The notes under the pieces are model-generated. The model searched no databases. It was not told where the DNA came from and was given only the letters and a program-made list of their open reading frames with translations. From contig JAINCQ010000005.1 of NCBI GenBank assembly GCA_036574205.1, forward strand, positions 1 through 35,443: DNA of 35,443 bases, read 5' to 3'. Below, piece after piece: positions 18,032-28,638 of this stretch; positions within the stretch are counted from its first letter, which is position 1, and every line of letters starts with the position of its first letter. This stretch comes from Elusimicrobiota bacterium (GTDB taxonomy: Bacteria > Elusimicrobiota > Elusimicrobia > Elusimicrobiales > UBA9959). The translations under genes and the position numbers were made by a program.

Positions 18032-20130
18032 TAAAAAAATTTGCGATACATGCTCATTTTTATCAACCTTTAAGAAAAGATCCATGGTTAAATCCTGTTT
18101 TTGAAGAGACACCAAATCCATCTTATTCCAATTTCAATCAACTTATAACAGATGAATGTTATGGCCCATTGGGGATAAAAGATATAAAATTTGATAGAGA
18201 ATATTTTGTTTCAGCATACTCTCTTATAAATTATGATATAGCTCCAAGCCTTTTAAATTATATAGAAGAAAATTTTCCAAAACTTTATATATCTATAATT
18301 GAATCCGATATTATATCATCTAAATTATTTGGCTATGGAAATGCCATAGCTCATCCTTATGTTCACGCCATATTTCCTCATCTAAACTTATATCAAAAAA
18401 AGCTATATATCAAGTGGGGGGTTAATTATTTTGAAAAAAAATTTAATAGAAAACCATCAGGGATATGGCTACCTGAAACCGCAGTTGATTATGAAACACT
18501 TGAGGTCTTAATAGAATCTGGATTTAAATTTACAATACTTTCACCATCTCAGATAAAATCCATAAAACGCCATAATGCAGATGAGACTTTAATAAATAAT
18601 GGTGAAATAGATACAACAATACCATATCTATGGGTATCAAAATCAAATCCTTCAAAATCTATAACTATATTTTTATACGATCAGCATCTTTCTTCAAAAA
18701 TAATATCAGAAAGCTCAAATACTGAAAAATTTACACTCAGGATAAAATCATCTCTTGATAAATCAGGCAAAAAAAATGGATTTTCTCTTTTGGCGTCAGA
18801 TGGTGAAAATTGGGGGCATCATCTTAAAGATGGCGATAAATGTCTCAAAAAATTACTTCATCATATACTTTCACTAAAAAAAGAAATTTCAATATCAAAC
18901 CTCTCTCTTTTAAATGAAACATTTAAACCAGAATTTGAAGTGGATATAATTTCACCTTCTTCATGGTCCTGTCCCCATGGAGTTGGAAGATGGCAGGAAG
19001 ATTGCGGATGCAGGATAAATCCTTCAAACACTTATCAAAAATGGCGAAAAACTCTTAAAGAATCCGTTGATTCTATTGCGCAAAAAAGCCATGAGGTATT
19101 TGTAAAGGAAACAATTTCAAAAATATCAAATCCTCTAAAAGCCTTAGAGGATTATGTTATACCATATGAAGACAAAAGCCCGCATCTTTTTCTTGAATTT
19201 ATAGAAAAACATGCTGAAAATAAAATTCTGCCTAAAGAAATTCCTCTTATTCTTTCTCTTTTTGAATCTCAAATACATCTGGCTCTATCTTATACAAGTT
19301 GTGGATGGTTTTTCGACGACATATCTGGCATAGAAGCCTTAAATAATATTAAGCATCTTATATGGCTTTCTGATTTTACAAAAAATTATGGGATAGATAC
19401 AGATAGATATATTAAAAATCTTTCTATGGAAAAAAGCAATTTTAAAATAAATCTTGACGAAATTATATTAAAATTAAAAAAACTGTCAAACTCACAGAAA
19501 ATAAGTGTTATGGAATTTGCTGTTTTTGACTATATAGGCTATACCAATCCATTTTATAAAACAAGATATCGGTTTAAAATTATAAAAAAAACTGGAAAAT
19601 TGCACAACATTTATTTAATAAAATCAGACGATATAATTACTTTGAAAGAAGAACTCTGGACTGTTTGCCTGTTAGACGAAAATGGATGTTTTATCTCGCG
19701 CATAAAAAAAACTGAAGATTTTGAAAAAGAGGTTGAAAATATTCAATCCAATAATTTTACGGGATTTGAACCGTTTAACCTTTCTGATTTTAATATCGAA
19801 ACTGCAAACCTCTTATCTATACTGTTTTCTAAAAAACAATCCGATTTAACTTTAAAGCAATTTTACTATCTTATCCTATCATTTGATCATACCGATGAAA
19901 AAATCAAGATTATAAAGCAAAACTTTTTAAATCTATTTTCAAAAAAACTTGAAACAAATATGCATATCCCTTTCTTATATGAAATAGCAAAGCTTATAAT
20001 AAACAATATAGAAACTTTTGATGAAGTTGACAAAAAAGTTATAGAGGCTATCAAAAATCTTGGGCTTGAAAAACTTTTATGGAAACTAAATATAGGAAAA
20101 ACCAATGATATCAAAGCAAATCTATATTAA
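18022..20130 (+). CDS. Glycoside hydrolase family 57 (DUF3536-type)
   Basis: IHAHFYQP, GIWLPETA, SDGENWGHH, SWSCPHGVGRW, SCGWFFDDISGIE. Confidence 0.88.
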   Translation: MGIIKKFAIHAHFYQPLRKDPWLNPVFEETPNPSYSNFNQLITDECYGPLGIKDIKFDREYFVSAYSLINYDIAPSLLNYIEENFPKLYISIIESDIISSKLFGYGNAIAHPYVHAIFPHLNLYQKKLYIKWGVNYFEKKFNRKPSGIWLPETAVDYETLEVLIESGFKFTILSPSQIKSIKRHNADETLINNGEIDTTIPYLWVSKSNPSKSITIFLYDQHLSSKIISESSNTEKFTLRIKSSLDKSGKKNGFSLLASDGENWGHHLKDGDKCLKKLLHHILSLKKEISISNLSLLNETFKPEFEVDIISPSSWSCPHGVGRWQEDCGCRINPSNTYQKWRKTLKESVDSIAQKSHEVFVKETISKISNPLKALEDYVIPYEDKSPHLFLEFIEKHAENKILPKEIPLILSLFESQIHLALSYTSCGWFFDDISGIEALNNIKHLIWLSDFTKNYGIDTDRYIKNLSMEKSNFKINLDEIILKLKKLSNSQKISVMEFAVFDYIGYTNPFYKTRYRFKIIKKTGKLHNIYLIKSDDIITLKEELWTVCLLDENGCFISRIKKTEDFEKEVENIQSNNFTGFEPFNLSDFNIETANLLSILFSKKQSDLTLKQFYYLILSFDHTDEKIKIIKQNFLNLFSKKLETNMHIPFLYEIAKLIINNIETFDEVDKKVIEAIKNLGLEKLLWKLNIGKTNDIKANLY

Positions 20131-21046
20131 AAACACCTCTGATCTCCTTTTGATTCTCGGTCCTCAGGATATCTACCTGAGGGAAATGGAAAAAGAGTTT
20201 AAAGTAAAAATTTTTGTGGATAATCGCAATAATTCTGAAGAGGCTTTTCTAACAATCAAGGGGAAACTCAGGAATGTCAATAAAGCAGAAAATAGGATCA
20301 AAGGAATTCTTGAAAGATACTATGAAAAAGAAAACACTCTTACAAATAACAATGATTTTGAAAAACAAATCACTGAAGAACAAGGGGTAGTATATTGTTC
20401 TGAGTTTGGTGAAAAAATAAAACCAAAGACTCCTAACCAAAAATTTTATGTAGAGAGCATATATGATAATGATATAGTAATATCAATAGGACCTGCAGGA
20501 ACCGGAAAAACTTTTCTTGCAACAGCTGTTGCTCTAAGATTTTTAAAAGACAAAAAAGTAAAAAAAATAGTGGTTACACGTCCAATAGTGGAAGTAGGGG
20601 AAAAACTTGGATTTCTTCCAGGGGATATAGATAATAAAGTAAACCCATACCTAAAACCGGTTTATGATAATTTTTACAATCTTCTTGGTCCAGAAAAATT
20701 TCAGATTTATAAAGATGAAGAGATAATAGAAACCCTTCCTCTGGCTTATATGCGTGGCAGAACTCTTAACAACTCTTTTATAATACTTGATGAAGCGCAA
20801 AATACCACTACTCTTCAAATGAAAATGTTTCTTACAAGAATGGGGATGAATTCAAAGATAGTTATAACAGGAGACATAACCCAGATAGATCTTAAAGAAT
20901 CATCTGTCTCAGGACTTATAACATCTATGGAAATATTGAAAGAAATAAAAGAGATAAAAATAGTTAAGCTTGACAATTCAGATATAATCAGGCATCCTCT
21001 TGTTTCAAAAATAGTGGACGCATATCAAGCCTGGGAAAAAAAATGA
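20105..21046 (+). CDS. phoH: PhoH-like ATPase
   Basis: GPAGTGKT, LGFLPGD, AYMRGRTL, DEAQN, GDITQID. Confidence 0.95.
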   Translation: MISKQIYIKNTSDLLLILGPQDIYLREMEKEFKVKIFVDNRNNSEEAFLTIKGKLRNVNKAENRIKGILERYYEKENTLTNNNDFEKQITEEQGVVYCSEFGEKIKPKTPNQKFYVESIYDNDIVISIGPAGTGKTFLATAVALRFLKDKKVKKIVVTRPIVEVGEKLGFLPGDIDNKVNPYLKPVYDNFYNLLGPEKFQIYKDEEIIETLPLAYMRGRTLNNSFIILDEAQNTTTLQMKMFLTRMGMNSKIVITGDITQIDLKESSVSGLITSMEILKEIKEIKIVKLDNSDIIRHPLVSKIVDAYQAWEKK

Positions 21047-21462
21047 ATATCACTTTTATAAATCAAACAAAAGAAAAAATTCCACAATCCTTAATAAAAA
21101 AGATTGGGGCAGCGGTCAAAAAGATTTTTAAAAATCATAAGTTTTTCCTAAGTGAATTAAATTTTATATTTACTAATGACAAAAAAATAAAAGAAATAAA
21201 CAAAAAATATCTCGGGAAAAATCGCCCGACGGATGTTATAGCATTTTCTTATCCAGAAAATGCAGGAATAAAAACAGCGGATATCTTTATATCTCTTGAA
21301 ACCGCCAAGAAAAATTCCAAAATTTATCAGCTAACTTTTAAAACGGAGATTCTAATACTATCTATCCATGGAACTCTTCATCTATGTGGATACGAAGATA
21401 GAAGCTATTTAGAGAAAAAAAGAATGTCTATTGCTTGTCTTAAAATACTAAATTCTATTTGA
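21043..21462 (+). CDS. ybeY: rRNA maturation endoribonuclease
   Basis: PTDVIAF, HGTLHLCGYED (third His of H3xH5xH is not conserved); follows phoH. Confidence 0.9.
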   Translation: MNITFINQTKEKIPQSLIKKIGAAVKKIFKNHKFFLSELNFIFTNDKKIKEINKKYLGKNRPTDVIAFSYPENAGIKTADIFISLETAKKNSKIYQLTFKTEILILSIHGTLHLCGYEDRSYLEKKRMSIACLKILNSI

Positions 21463-21500
21463 GTATTTGATAAAATAATTATTTAAAGAAGGAGATATAT

Positions 21501-24017
21501 ATGAAACCAGGCGAGCCTAATTTTGCAGAAATAGACAAGAAACAGCAAAAAAGATGGTATTCCTCTGATATATTTTCCGCGCCAGTTTATCCATCAAAAC
21601 AGAAGTTTTATTGCCTTGATATGTTTCCATACCCAAGTGGAGATGGTCTTCATGTTGGTCATCCTGAAGGATATACAGCCACAGATATAATTTCAAGATA
21701 TAAAAGAATGAATGGGTTTGATGTTATGCATCCAATCGGCTGGGATGCTTTTGGACTTCCAGCGGAAAACTATGCTATGGCAAATCAGATTCATCCATCA
21801 ATAATAACAAAAAAAAATATAGACAACTTCAGAAGACAGATAAAATCCCTCGGATTTTCTTACGATTTTTCAAGGGAAATTAACACAACCGATCCTCAAT
21901 ATTATAAATGGACTCAGTGGATTTTCTTAAAGCTTTACGAAAAAGGCCTTGCTTATGTTGATTTTATACCGATAAATTGGTGTCCAAAATGCAAAACAGG
22001 TCTTGCAAATGAAGAAGTTTTTGGAGGAAGATGTGAAAGATGTTCCACACCTGTTGAAAAGAAAAACTTGAGACAGTGGGTTTTAAAAATAACAGCCTAT
22101 GCCGAAAGGCTTCTTGAAGACCTTAAGGAATTAGATTGGCCAAAATCAACTATAGAAATGCAAAAAAATTGGATAGGAAAAAGCGAAGGCGCTGAAATAT
22201 ATTTTCCGGTTGTTAATTCAAATGAAAAGATAAAGGTATTTACCACAAGACCAGACACAATATATGGAGCAACTTACATGGTTCTTGCTCCCGAGCATGA
22301 ACTTATTGAAAAAATATCGCCAAAAGAAAAACTTGATGAGATAAAAAAATATATTCAATCCGCAATTAAAAAAACTGATGAAGATAGAATACTAAATAAA
22401 GAAAAAACTGGGGTTTTTACTGGCAGTTATGCTATAAATCCTATAAATGGAGAAAAAATTCCAATATTTATCTCTGACTATGTCCTTTCAACATATGGAA
22501 GCGGAGCGATAATGGCTGTACCAGCCCATGATGAAAGAGATTTTGAATTTGCAAAAAAATTTAATCTTGAAATAAAATGGGTTGTAAAACCTAAAAATGG
22601 AGAATTTACTAAAGACAAAGCCTTTGTGGAAGAGGGGATATCTATAAACTCTCCGCTTATAAACGGGCTTGAAACTACTGAGGCTAAAGAAAAAATAATA
22701 AGAGAAATTGAAAAACTTCAGATAGGGAATAAAAAAATAAATTATAAATTAAGAGATTGGATTTTTTCAAGACAAAGATATTGGGGAGAACCCATACCTG
22801 TTGTTCACTGCCCATCCTGCGGAATAGTTCCCCTTTCAGAAAAAGATCTTCCGTTACTACTCCCTCAACTTGAAAAATATGAACCCAGTGGAACAGGAGA
22901 ATCCCCATTAGTTAATGCTGGTGATTGGTTAAAAACAAAATGCCCAAAATGTGGTTTAAACGCAACAAGAGAAACTAACACAATGCCTCAGTGGGCTGGT
23001 TCCTGCTGGTACTACCTTAGATACTTAGACCCTAAAAACGCTGAACGACTTATAGATCCCGAGATAGAGAAAAAATGGATGCCTGTAGATTTGTATGTTG
23101 GAGGCGCTGAGCATGCCGTTTTACATCTGCTTTATGCAAGGTTCTGGCATAAATTTTTATATGATATAGGGGTTGTTTCAACAAAAGAACCATTTAAAAA
23201 ACTTGTCCATCAAGGAATGATTTTATCCTACTCATATCGCGACTCAAAAGGAGTATACCACAGTTATAAGGATCTTGAATTTGAACCCGATGGAACTGCA
23301 AAGACAAAAGAAGGTGAAAAAATAAAGCCAATGGTGGAAAAAATGTCAAAATCTAAAAAAAATGTTATAAACCCTGATGAAATACTTGAAAAATATGGGG
23401 CTGATACTTTTAGAATGTATGAAATGTTTATGGGTCCGCTTGAAGACTCAAAACCGTGGGATATGCAGGCAATAGAGGGGGTTCATAGATTTCTGAAAAG
23501 AATATGGATATGGGGGATATCCAATATTGAAAATCTCAAAGATAATGAAACTAAAAAAGATATTATCATAATCAGAAATGAAACCATAAAAAAAGTCACG
23601 GATGATATAGAAAAACTTAAATTCAATACAGCAATATCTCAACTAATGATATATTTTAATTCTATATCTGAATCTCCATCCCGCGCAGATTTTGAGATAT
23701 TTCTAAAACTTCTTCATCCATTTGCTCCACATATAACAGAAGAATTATGGCAAAGATATGGCGCAAGTAATTTTCTAACCTTGGAGAAATGGCCTTCTTA
23801 TGATGAAAATATTATTAATGAAAAAACTATAGAGATAGCTATTCAGGTAAACGGAAAACTTAGAGGTAAAATAAAAACTCTTCCTCAAAGAGAACAATCT
23901 GAGATAGAAGAAGCCGCCAAAAAAGAAGTAGAAAAGTTTATATCCACTAAAAAAATTGTTAAAATAATATATGTAAAAGACAAAATTATAAATTTTGTAT
24001 TGGGGGATAATCTATGA
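21501..24017 (+). CDS. leuS: Leucine--tRNA ligase
   Basis: MFPYPSGDGLHVGH, FTTRPDT editing domain, KMSKS. Confidence 0.98.
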   Translation: MKPGEPNFAEIDKKQQKRWYSSDIFSAPVYPSKQKFYCLDMFPYPSGDGLHVGHPEGYTATDIISRYKRMNGFDVMHPIGWDAFGLPAENYAMANQIHPSIITKKNIDNFRRQIKSLGFSYDFSREINTTDPQYYKWTQWIFLKLYEKGLAYVDFIPINWCPKCKTGLANEEVFGGRCERCSTPVEKKNLRQWVLKITAYAERLLEDLKELDWPKSTIEMQKNWIGKSEGAEIYFPVVNSNEKIKVFTTRPDTIYGATYMVLAPEHELIEKISPKEKLDEIKKYIQSAIKKTDEDRILNKEKTGVFTGSYAINPINGEKIPIFISDYVLSTYGSGAIMAVPAHDERDFEFAKKFNLEIKWVVKPKNGEFTKDKAFVEEGISINSPLINGLETTEAKEKIIREIEKLQIGNKKINYKLRDWIFSRQRYWGEPIPVVHCPSCGIVPLSEKDLPLLLPQLEKYEPSGTGESPLVNAGDWLKTKCPKCGLNATRETNTMPQWAGSCWYYLRYLDPKNAERLIDPEIEKKWMPVDLYVGGAEHAVLHLLYARFWHKFLYDIGVVSTKEPFKKLVHQGMILSYSYRDSKGVYHSYKDLEFEPDGTAKTKEGEKIKPMVEKMSKSKKNVINPDEILEKYGADTFRMYEMFMGPLEDSKPWDMQAIEGVHRFLKRIWIWGISNIENLKDNETKKDIIIIRNETIKKVTDDIEKLKFNTAISQLMIYFNSISESPSRADFEIFLKLLHPFAPHITEELWQRYGASNFLTLEKWPSYDENIINEKTIEIAIQVNGKLRGKIKTLPQREQSEIEEAAKKEVEKFISTKKIVKIIYVKDKIINFVLGDNL

Positions 24018-24556
24018 AAAAATTAATTATTCTGTTTTATGCCTTCATTGTTTCCTGCTCTTCCTCAAGCAATATGGTATATAATCCAGCTCCTCAAATA
24101 CTTCCTCAACACATAAAATCCCTCGCTGTTCTTCCTTTTTCCAATAAAAGCTCTATATTCGGGATAGAGGAAAAGCTTACTCTTAAAATAATAGATGAAT
24201 TCTTAAGGGACGGACAATACAAGGTTGTTTCTGAGGAGATTGCTGATGGAATAATCTCGGGAGAAATAAAAAATTACCTTATGGTCCCAATACAATACGA
24301 CTCTAACATGGTTCCAACTGTTTATAAAATAACTATAAACTATTCGATAAAACTGATAGACAGAAAGAATAACTCAATACTATGGGAAGAGAACACACTT
24401 GTTGCAAATCAGATATATTCAGCTCCAACGCTTCCCGGTGGGATGACTGAGGAAGCAGCAAGGGAAAAGATATGGGATATAATTTCCAAAGATGTCGTCA
24501 AAAGAACAGTTGAGGGTTTTGGTTCGGTTACAGGGGTTTCTTCCAAAAAAATATGA
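24014..24556 (+). CDS. lptE: LptE-family lipoprotein
   Basis: Lipobox IVSC; leuS-lptE-holA synteny. Confidence 0.75.
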   Translation: MKKLIILFYAFIVSCSSSSNMVYNPAPQILPQHIKSLAVLPFSNKSSIFGIEEKLTLKIIDEFLRDGQYKVVSEEIADGIISGEIKNYLMVPIQYDSNMVPTVYKITINYSIKLIDRKNNSILWEENTLVANQIYSAPTLPGGMTEEAAREKIWDIISKDVVKRTVEGFGSVTGVSSKKI

Positions 24557-25551
24557 AATTTAAAACAGAAGAGCAATTGCTTTCAGACATCCTTTCATTA
24601 AAAGTAGATCCGATCTACCTTCTCTACGGCTCAGATGACATAAGGAAAAATGAAATAATAAAAACAGCTGAAAAAAAAATAGATAATAATTTCGATATTT
24701 CAAATCACTCTTCTGATTCCTTTGATATAAATCTCTTTTTAAATGATGTTTCATCTACTCCGCTGTTTTCACCCAAAAAACTTGTTATTCTTAAAAGGAT
24801 AGAAAAAATTAAAAAAGAACTGAAAAAATCTCTTTACTCCTATTTTTTAAATCCCAACCCATCCACTCTTCTTATAATAACCTATAATGAAGAATTAAAA
24901 AGAAATGAAATTGAAAAAGATTTTGGAGAATATTCCATAACATGCATAGAGATTATGCCACCCGATGAAAGACTAATAACCTCATATATAAAAAAAGAAC
25001 TGGAAAAAAATTCTAAAGAAATAACCGATGACGCACTTAAATACTTGAGTGAATCTATATCAAATTACGGCGAGCTAAAAAATGAAACACAGAAAATTCT
25101 TACATACCTTAAAAATAAAAAAAACATTACCCTTGAAGAAGTGATGGAGTTATCTAGTGATTTAAAGGAGCAAAATGTTTTCCTTATTGCAAATGCCATA
25201 CTTTCTAAAAATGGAGAGAGTTTGAAAAAAATAATGGAAGAGTTAATATCTAAAAATGAACAGCCTCTTATGATAATCGCAATAATATTAACGGCGCTTG
25301 AAAAATTACTTAAGATAACTATGTTAAAGAAGGAGAAAAAAACGGATTATCAAACTGCTCTCTCAATAGGAGTTTACCGAAAAGAACTAACCTTGTGTGA
25401 AGGAATTAATCTGAATGAAAACAAAATTTTAAAAACAATAGATTACTGCCTTGAAGTAGAAAGTGTTCTAAAAACCACTCACACTCAGGATCCTCAACTG
25501 CTTTTAAGAAATATTTTATATATTATTGTTGATTACCTAATGACTTCTTAA
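24553..25551 (+). CDS. holA: DNA polymerase III delta subunit
   Basis: PIYLLYGSD, TPLFSPKKLVIL, synteny with leuS and rpsT. Confidence 0.88.
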   Translation: MKFKTEEQLLSDILSLKVDPIYLLYGSDDIRKNEIIKTAEKKIDNNFDISNHSSDSFDINLFLNDVSSTPLFSPKKLVILKRIEKIKKELKKSLYSYFLNPNPSTLLIITYNEELKRNEIEKDFGEYSITCIEIMPPDERLITSYIKKELEKNSKEITDDALKYLSESISNYGELKNETQKILTYLKNKKNITLEEVMELSSDLKEQNVFLIANAILSKNGESLKKIMEELISKNEQPLMIIAIILTALEKLLKITMLKKEKKTDYQTALSIGVYRKELTLCEGINLNENKILKTIDYCLEVESVLKTTHTQDPQLLLRNILYIIVDYLMTS

Positions 25552-25813
25552 GAAGTTTGGAAATCTCGGATTTCTTCCTTGCAGCATTTTTCCAGTGTAT
25601 CGTATTTGTTTTTGCCGCTTTGTCTATTATAGAATAAAGCTCTGGTAACATTTTAGCAGCTGATTCAAAGTTTTTATGGGATAAAAGATTTTTAAATTCT
25701 TTTATCCTTTTATGTATCCTGATCTTTATTCCGCGATTAGCACTTTCTCTTTTCAAAGACTTTCTATAAGCCTTTAACGCATTTTTATGTCTTTTTGTTT
25801 TTACATTTGCCAT
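25523..25813 (-). CDS. rpsT: 30S ribosomal protein S20
   Basis: MAN...IDKAAKTNTIHWKNAARKKS. Confidence 0.95.
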   Translation of the reverse strand: MANVKTKRHKNALKAYRKSLKRESANRGIKIRIHKRIKEFKNLLSHKNFESAAKMLPELYSIIDKAAKTNTIHWKNAARKKSEISKLLKKSLGNQQ

Positions 25814-25849
25814 ATAATCTTATAGTTTAGCAAATTATAGATCAGAGAA

Positions 25850-26218
25850 TCAAACTACAAGTATATTTTTTATTATATTCAAGACTTCTTCAGTTTTAGC
25901 AGGTTTTAAAATATACGTGTTTGCGCCATAAAGCATACTTAGATGAATTTCAGAAGGATTACCTTCAACTGTTAGCATAATTACTGGAATTTTTTTTAAA
26001 ACAGCATCCGCCTTTATTTCTTTAAGAACATCTATCCCGCTTTTTTTGGGCATATGCATATCAAGCATAATAAGCGATGGGAGATACTCTCTTATTTTGG
26101 CAACAACATATTGTGGATCGTTATAACATCTTACTTCATAGCCGTTTGATTTAAGAACATTATCAAGAACTGCAAGCATATCCACATCATCATCTATTAT
26201 GGCTATTTTATTTTCCAT
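25850..26218 (-). CDS. Single-domain response regulator
   Basis: IIDDD, LDMHMP, MLT, YILKP. Start moved to MENK because the longer ORF overlaps tRNA-Phe. Confidence 0.9.
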   Translation of the reverse strand: MENKIAIIDDDVDMLAVLDNVLKSNGYEVRCYNDPQYVVAKIREYLPSLIMLDMHMPKKSGIDVLKEIKADAVLKKIPVIMLTVEGNPSEIHLSMLYGANTYILKPAKTEEVLNIIKNILVV

Positions 26219-26239
26219 AACAAACCCCTTGAAGGAAAT

Positions 26240-26311
26240 TGCCGCGGGTTGGGATCGAACCAACGACACCTGGTTTTTCAGACCAGTGCTCTACCACTGA
26301 GCTACCGCGGC
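26240..26311 (-). tRNA. tRNA-Phe(GAA)
   Basis: GCCGCGGTAGCTCAGTGGTAGAGCACTGGTCT-GAA-AAACCAGGTGTCGTTGGTTCGATCCCAACCCGCGGCA. Confidence 0.97.
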
Positions 26312-26459
26312 AATTTACGCCTCGCCTGTGAGACAGGCGAATAGATATATTTAACAAAATTATTTTTAAAAAATCAAATTTTTGTATGCTTAACAAAGAC
26401 TAATTCCTTAACTTCAAAGCTCATAATTTTAAATTTTAATCTTGCATTGTCAAGATATC

Positions 26460-26488
26460 TTGCTTAAAAAAAATTTTTTTAGTAAGAT
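26460..26488 (+). promoter_or_regulatory. Putative sigma-70 promoter for acyP-sigma-apt (leaderless start)
   Basis: TTGCTT-17-TAAGAT, then 7 nt to ATG 26496. Confidence 0.55.
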
Positions 26489-26495
26489 TTATCTA

Positions 26496-26771
26496 ATGGA
26501 TAAAGTAAGAATAAAAATTTTTGGTAAGGTTCAAGGAATTGGGTATAGATGGTTTATTTTTGAAGTAGCTAAAAAAAAGAATCTTTGTGGATGGGTGAGA
26601 AACCTAACCGATGGAAGTGTTGAATGTTGTATTAAAGGATGTATTGACGACATAAATGATTTTATAAACGAAATAAAAACAGGTCATCCCTCTGCTGTAA
26701 TAGAGAAAATAGAGGTCTCAAAAGTTGAAGACGAAATAGAATTGCCAGAAGAATTTACGATAAAATATTAA
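26496..26771 (+). CDS. acyP: Acylphosphatase
   Basis: GKVQGIGYR, GWVRNLTDGSVE. Confidence 0.93.
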   Translation: MDKVRIKIFGKVQGIGYRWFIFEVAKKKNLCGWVRNLTDGSVECCIKGCIDDINDFINEIKTGHPSAVIEKIEVSKVEDEIELPEEFTIKY

Positions 26772-26780
26772 GGGGGAAAA

Positions 26781-27881
26781 ATGAGGATGAAGAAAAGATC
26801 AAAACCTGAACACAATCTCAAAAAGATTCTTGGGACAAGAAACGCTTTTCAAATATCAGATAATGAAGAAAAAATCGATACTGAAACTACAGATTCTCAA
26901 GACACTATTTCAAGAAACGAAGTGGAAGGCCTTTCGCCAACAGCAAATCTTTCAATTGATTCAACAAAACAATATATAAAAACAATAAGCCAGATAGAAA
27001 CAAATATCTCAAGAGAAGAACTTCATCAATTATGGCAGAGGGTTAAAAGAGGGGATAGGAGAGCAAAAGACAAGATTTTAAAAATGAACTTGAAACTTGT
27101 AATCCCAATAGCGAAAAAATATTTATATCCTGGCTCAGATCTTATGGATTTGATAGAGGAAGGTAACCTTGGACTTCTTCATGCAATAGATAAATTTGAC
27201 CCCAAAAAAGGATATAGATTTTCAACATATGCTTCATACTGGATAGAACAATATATAAGAAGAGCTGTGGAAGAGCAGTCAAAAACCATAAGAATACCAC
27301 CACATGCCTGGACTGCTTTAAGAAAATGGCTGAGGCAATGGGATGCTCTTCACGGTAAGCTTGGCCGTGACCCAACATTAACTGAGATGGCAAAAGAAAT
27401 GCACTGGAATGCAAACCAGATAAGAACTGTTTTAAGCGCTTATGAAATTGTAAAAGGAGCGACATCTCTTGAAAATCCAGTTTACAACGAAGACCATGAT
27501 GAAGACACGCTCGGTCATATGATACAGGATAACCAGCAATCCTCTCCGGAAGATCTGATATCCATACTTAAAATGCATGACGAATTAAAAAATGCTCTTT
27601 CTGAAATAGGAGATAGAGAAAGGATGATACTTGAAATGAGGTATGGACTAAGCGGAACAAATCCAATGACCCTTCAGGAAATAGGAGAGAAACTGAAACT
27701 CTCCAGAGAAAGAGTAAGACAAATAGAAGAAAGGGCAGTTCTAAGGTTAAGAAGAGTTGCGGCAAATATGGGATTAATAGAAATAAGTAGAAAGATGAGT
27801 CCAAATCTTAAACCGGGATGGAATATACCAAAACCCCAGACAGATATACTTGGTAATCCTTTGAAAAGGGGGAAAAAATGA
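26781..27881 (+). CDS. RpoD/RpoS-type sigma-70 factor lacking a full region 1.1
   Basis: NLKLVIPIAKKY, DLIEEGNLGL..A.DKFD...GYRFSTYASYWI, TLQEIG....SRERVRQIE. Confidence 0.92.
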   Translation: MRMKKRSKPEHNLKKILGTRNAFQISDNEEKIDTETTDSQDTISRNEVEGLSPTANLSIDSTKQYIKTISQIETNISREELHQLWQRVKRGDRRAKDKILKMNLKLVIPIAKKYLYPGSDLMDLIEEGNLGLLHAIDKFDPKKGYRFSTYASYWIEQYIRRAVEEQSKTIRIPPHAWTALRKWLRQWDALHGKLGRDPTLTEMAKEMHWNANQIRTVLSAYEIVKGATSLENPVYNEDHDEDTLGHMIQDNQQSSPEDLISILKMHDELKNALSEIGDRERMILEMRYGLSGTNPMTLQEIGEKLKLSRERVRQIEERAVLRLRRVAANMGLIEISRKMSPNLKPGWNIPKPQTDILGNPLKRGKK

Positions 27882-28420
27882 CAGATACAAAAGAACAAAA
27901 ATTAGCAACAGAAATAAAAAAACTAATAAGGGATGTTCCAGATTTTCCAAAACCGGGCATAATATTTAAGGATATAATGCCTTTTTTAGCTAATAATAAA
28001 TCCTTTAAGAAAACCATAAAAAACCTTTCCCTTAGATATAAAAATAAAAATATATCAAAGGTTATTGGCATAGAGGCAAGAGGTTTTATATTAGCAGCTC
28101 CCTTAGCTCTTGAGATAGGAGCAGGTTTTATTCCAGTAAGGAAAAAAGGGAAACTTCCCTATAAAACCGTTTCTATATCATATGACCTTGAATACGGGCA
28201 GGACACACTTCAAATACATGAAGATGCGTTAAAAAAAGGGGAAAATGTAATAATAGTAGACGACGTCCTTGCTACAGGCGGCACCGCAAATGCTGTGTGT
28301 AAACTCATAGAAAAACTTGGCGGAAATGTCTATGAAATATTTATGCTTATAGAACTTGAATTTCTTAAAGGAAGAGAAAAACTTAAAGATTACAATTTGT
28401 TCTCTCTAATAAAATATTAA
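27878..28420 (+). CDS. apt: Adenine phosphoribosyltransferase
   Basis: DFPKPGIIFKDI, RKKGKLP, VDDVLATGGT. Confidence 0.97.
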   Translation: MTDTKEQKLATEIKKLIRDVPDFPKPGIIFKDIMPFLANNKSFKKTIKNLSLRYKNKNISKVIGIEARGFILAAPLALEIGAGFIPVRKKGKLPYKTVSISYDLEYGQDTLQIHEDALKKGENVIIVDDVLATGGTANAVCKLIEKLGGNVYEIFMLIELEFLKGREKLKDYNLFSLIKY

Positions 28421-28523
28421 GCGCGTATTGAAAAATGCTTTTAATTTTTATAAAAATCTGAATAAAAATTTAAGCGTAATAACAGGCCTTACCTTAAATT
28501 TTAATCGCTTAATACTTAATTTT

Positions 28524-28597
28524 GCCCCCGTAGCTCAACTGGATAGAGCTGCTCCGTCCTAAGGAGAAGGTTGCTGGTTCAACTCCGGCCGGGGGCG
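28524..28597 (+). tRNA. tRNA-Arg(CCT)
   Basis: GCCCCCG acceptor, GGATA D-loop (A20 Arg identity), stem CTCC/GGAG with loop GT-CCT-AA, TTCAACT T-loop. Confidence 0.9.
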
Positions 28598-28638
28598 CTT
28601 ACCCATTTTTTGTGATCACAAAAATCAGGAGGGAAAAT

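Noticed and set aside
26208..26396. 62-aa ORF and the extended response-regulator N-terminus
   Set aside because: Both overlap tRNA-Phe
28550..28567. Amber-suppressor reading (CTA) of the tRNA at 28524
   Set aside because: The 7-nt loop centres on CCT with U33; A20 indicates Arg; TAG is used as a normal stop (e.g. TPR gene)
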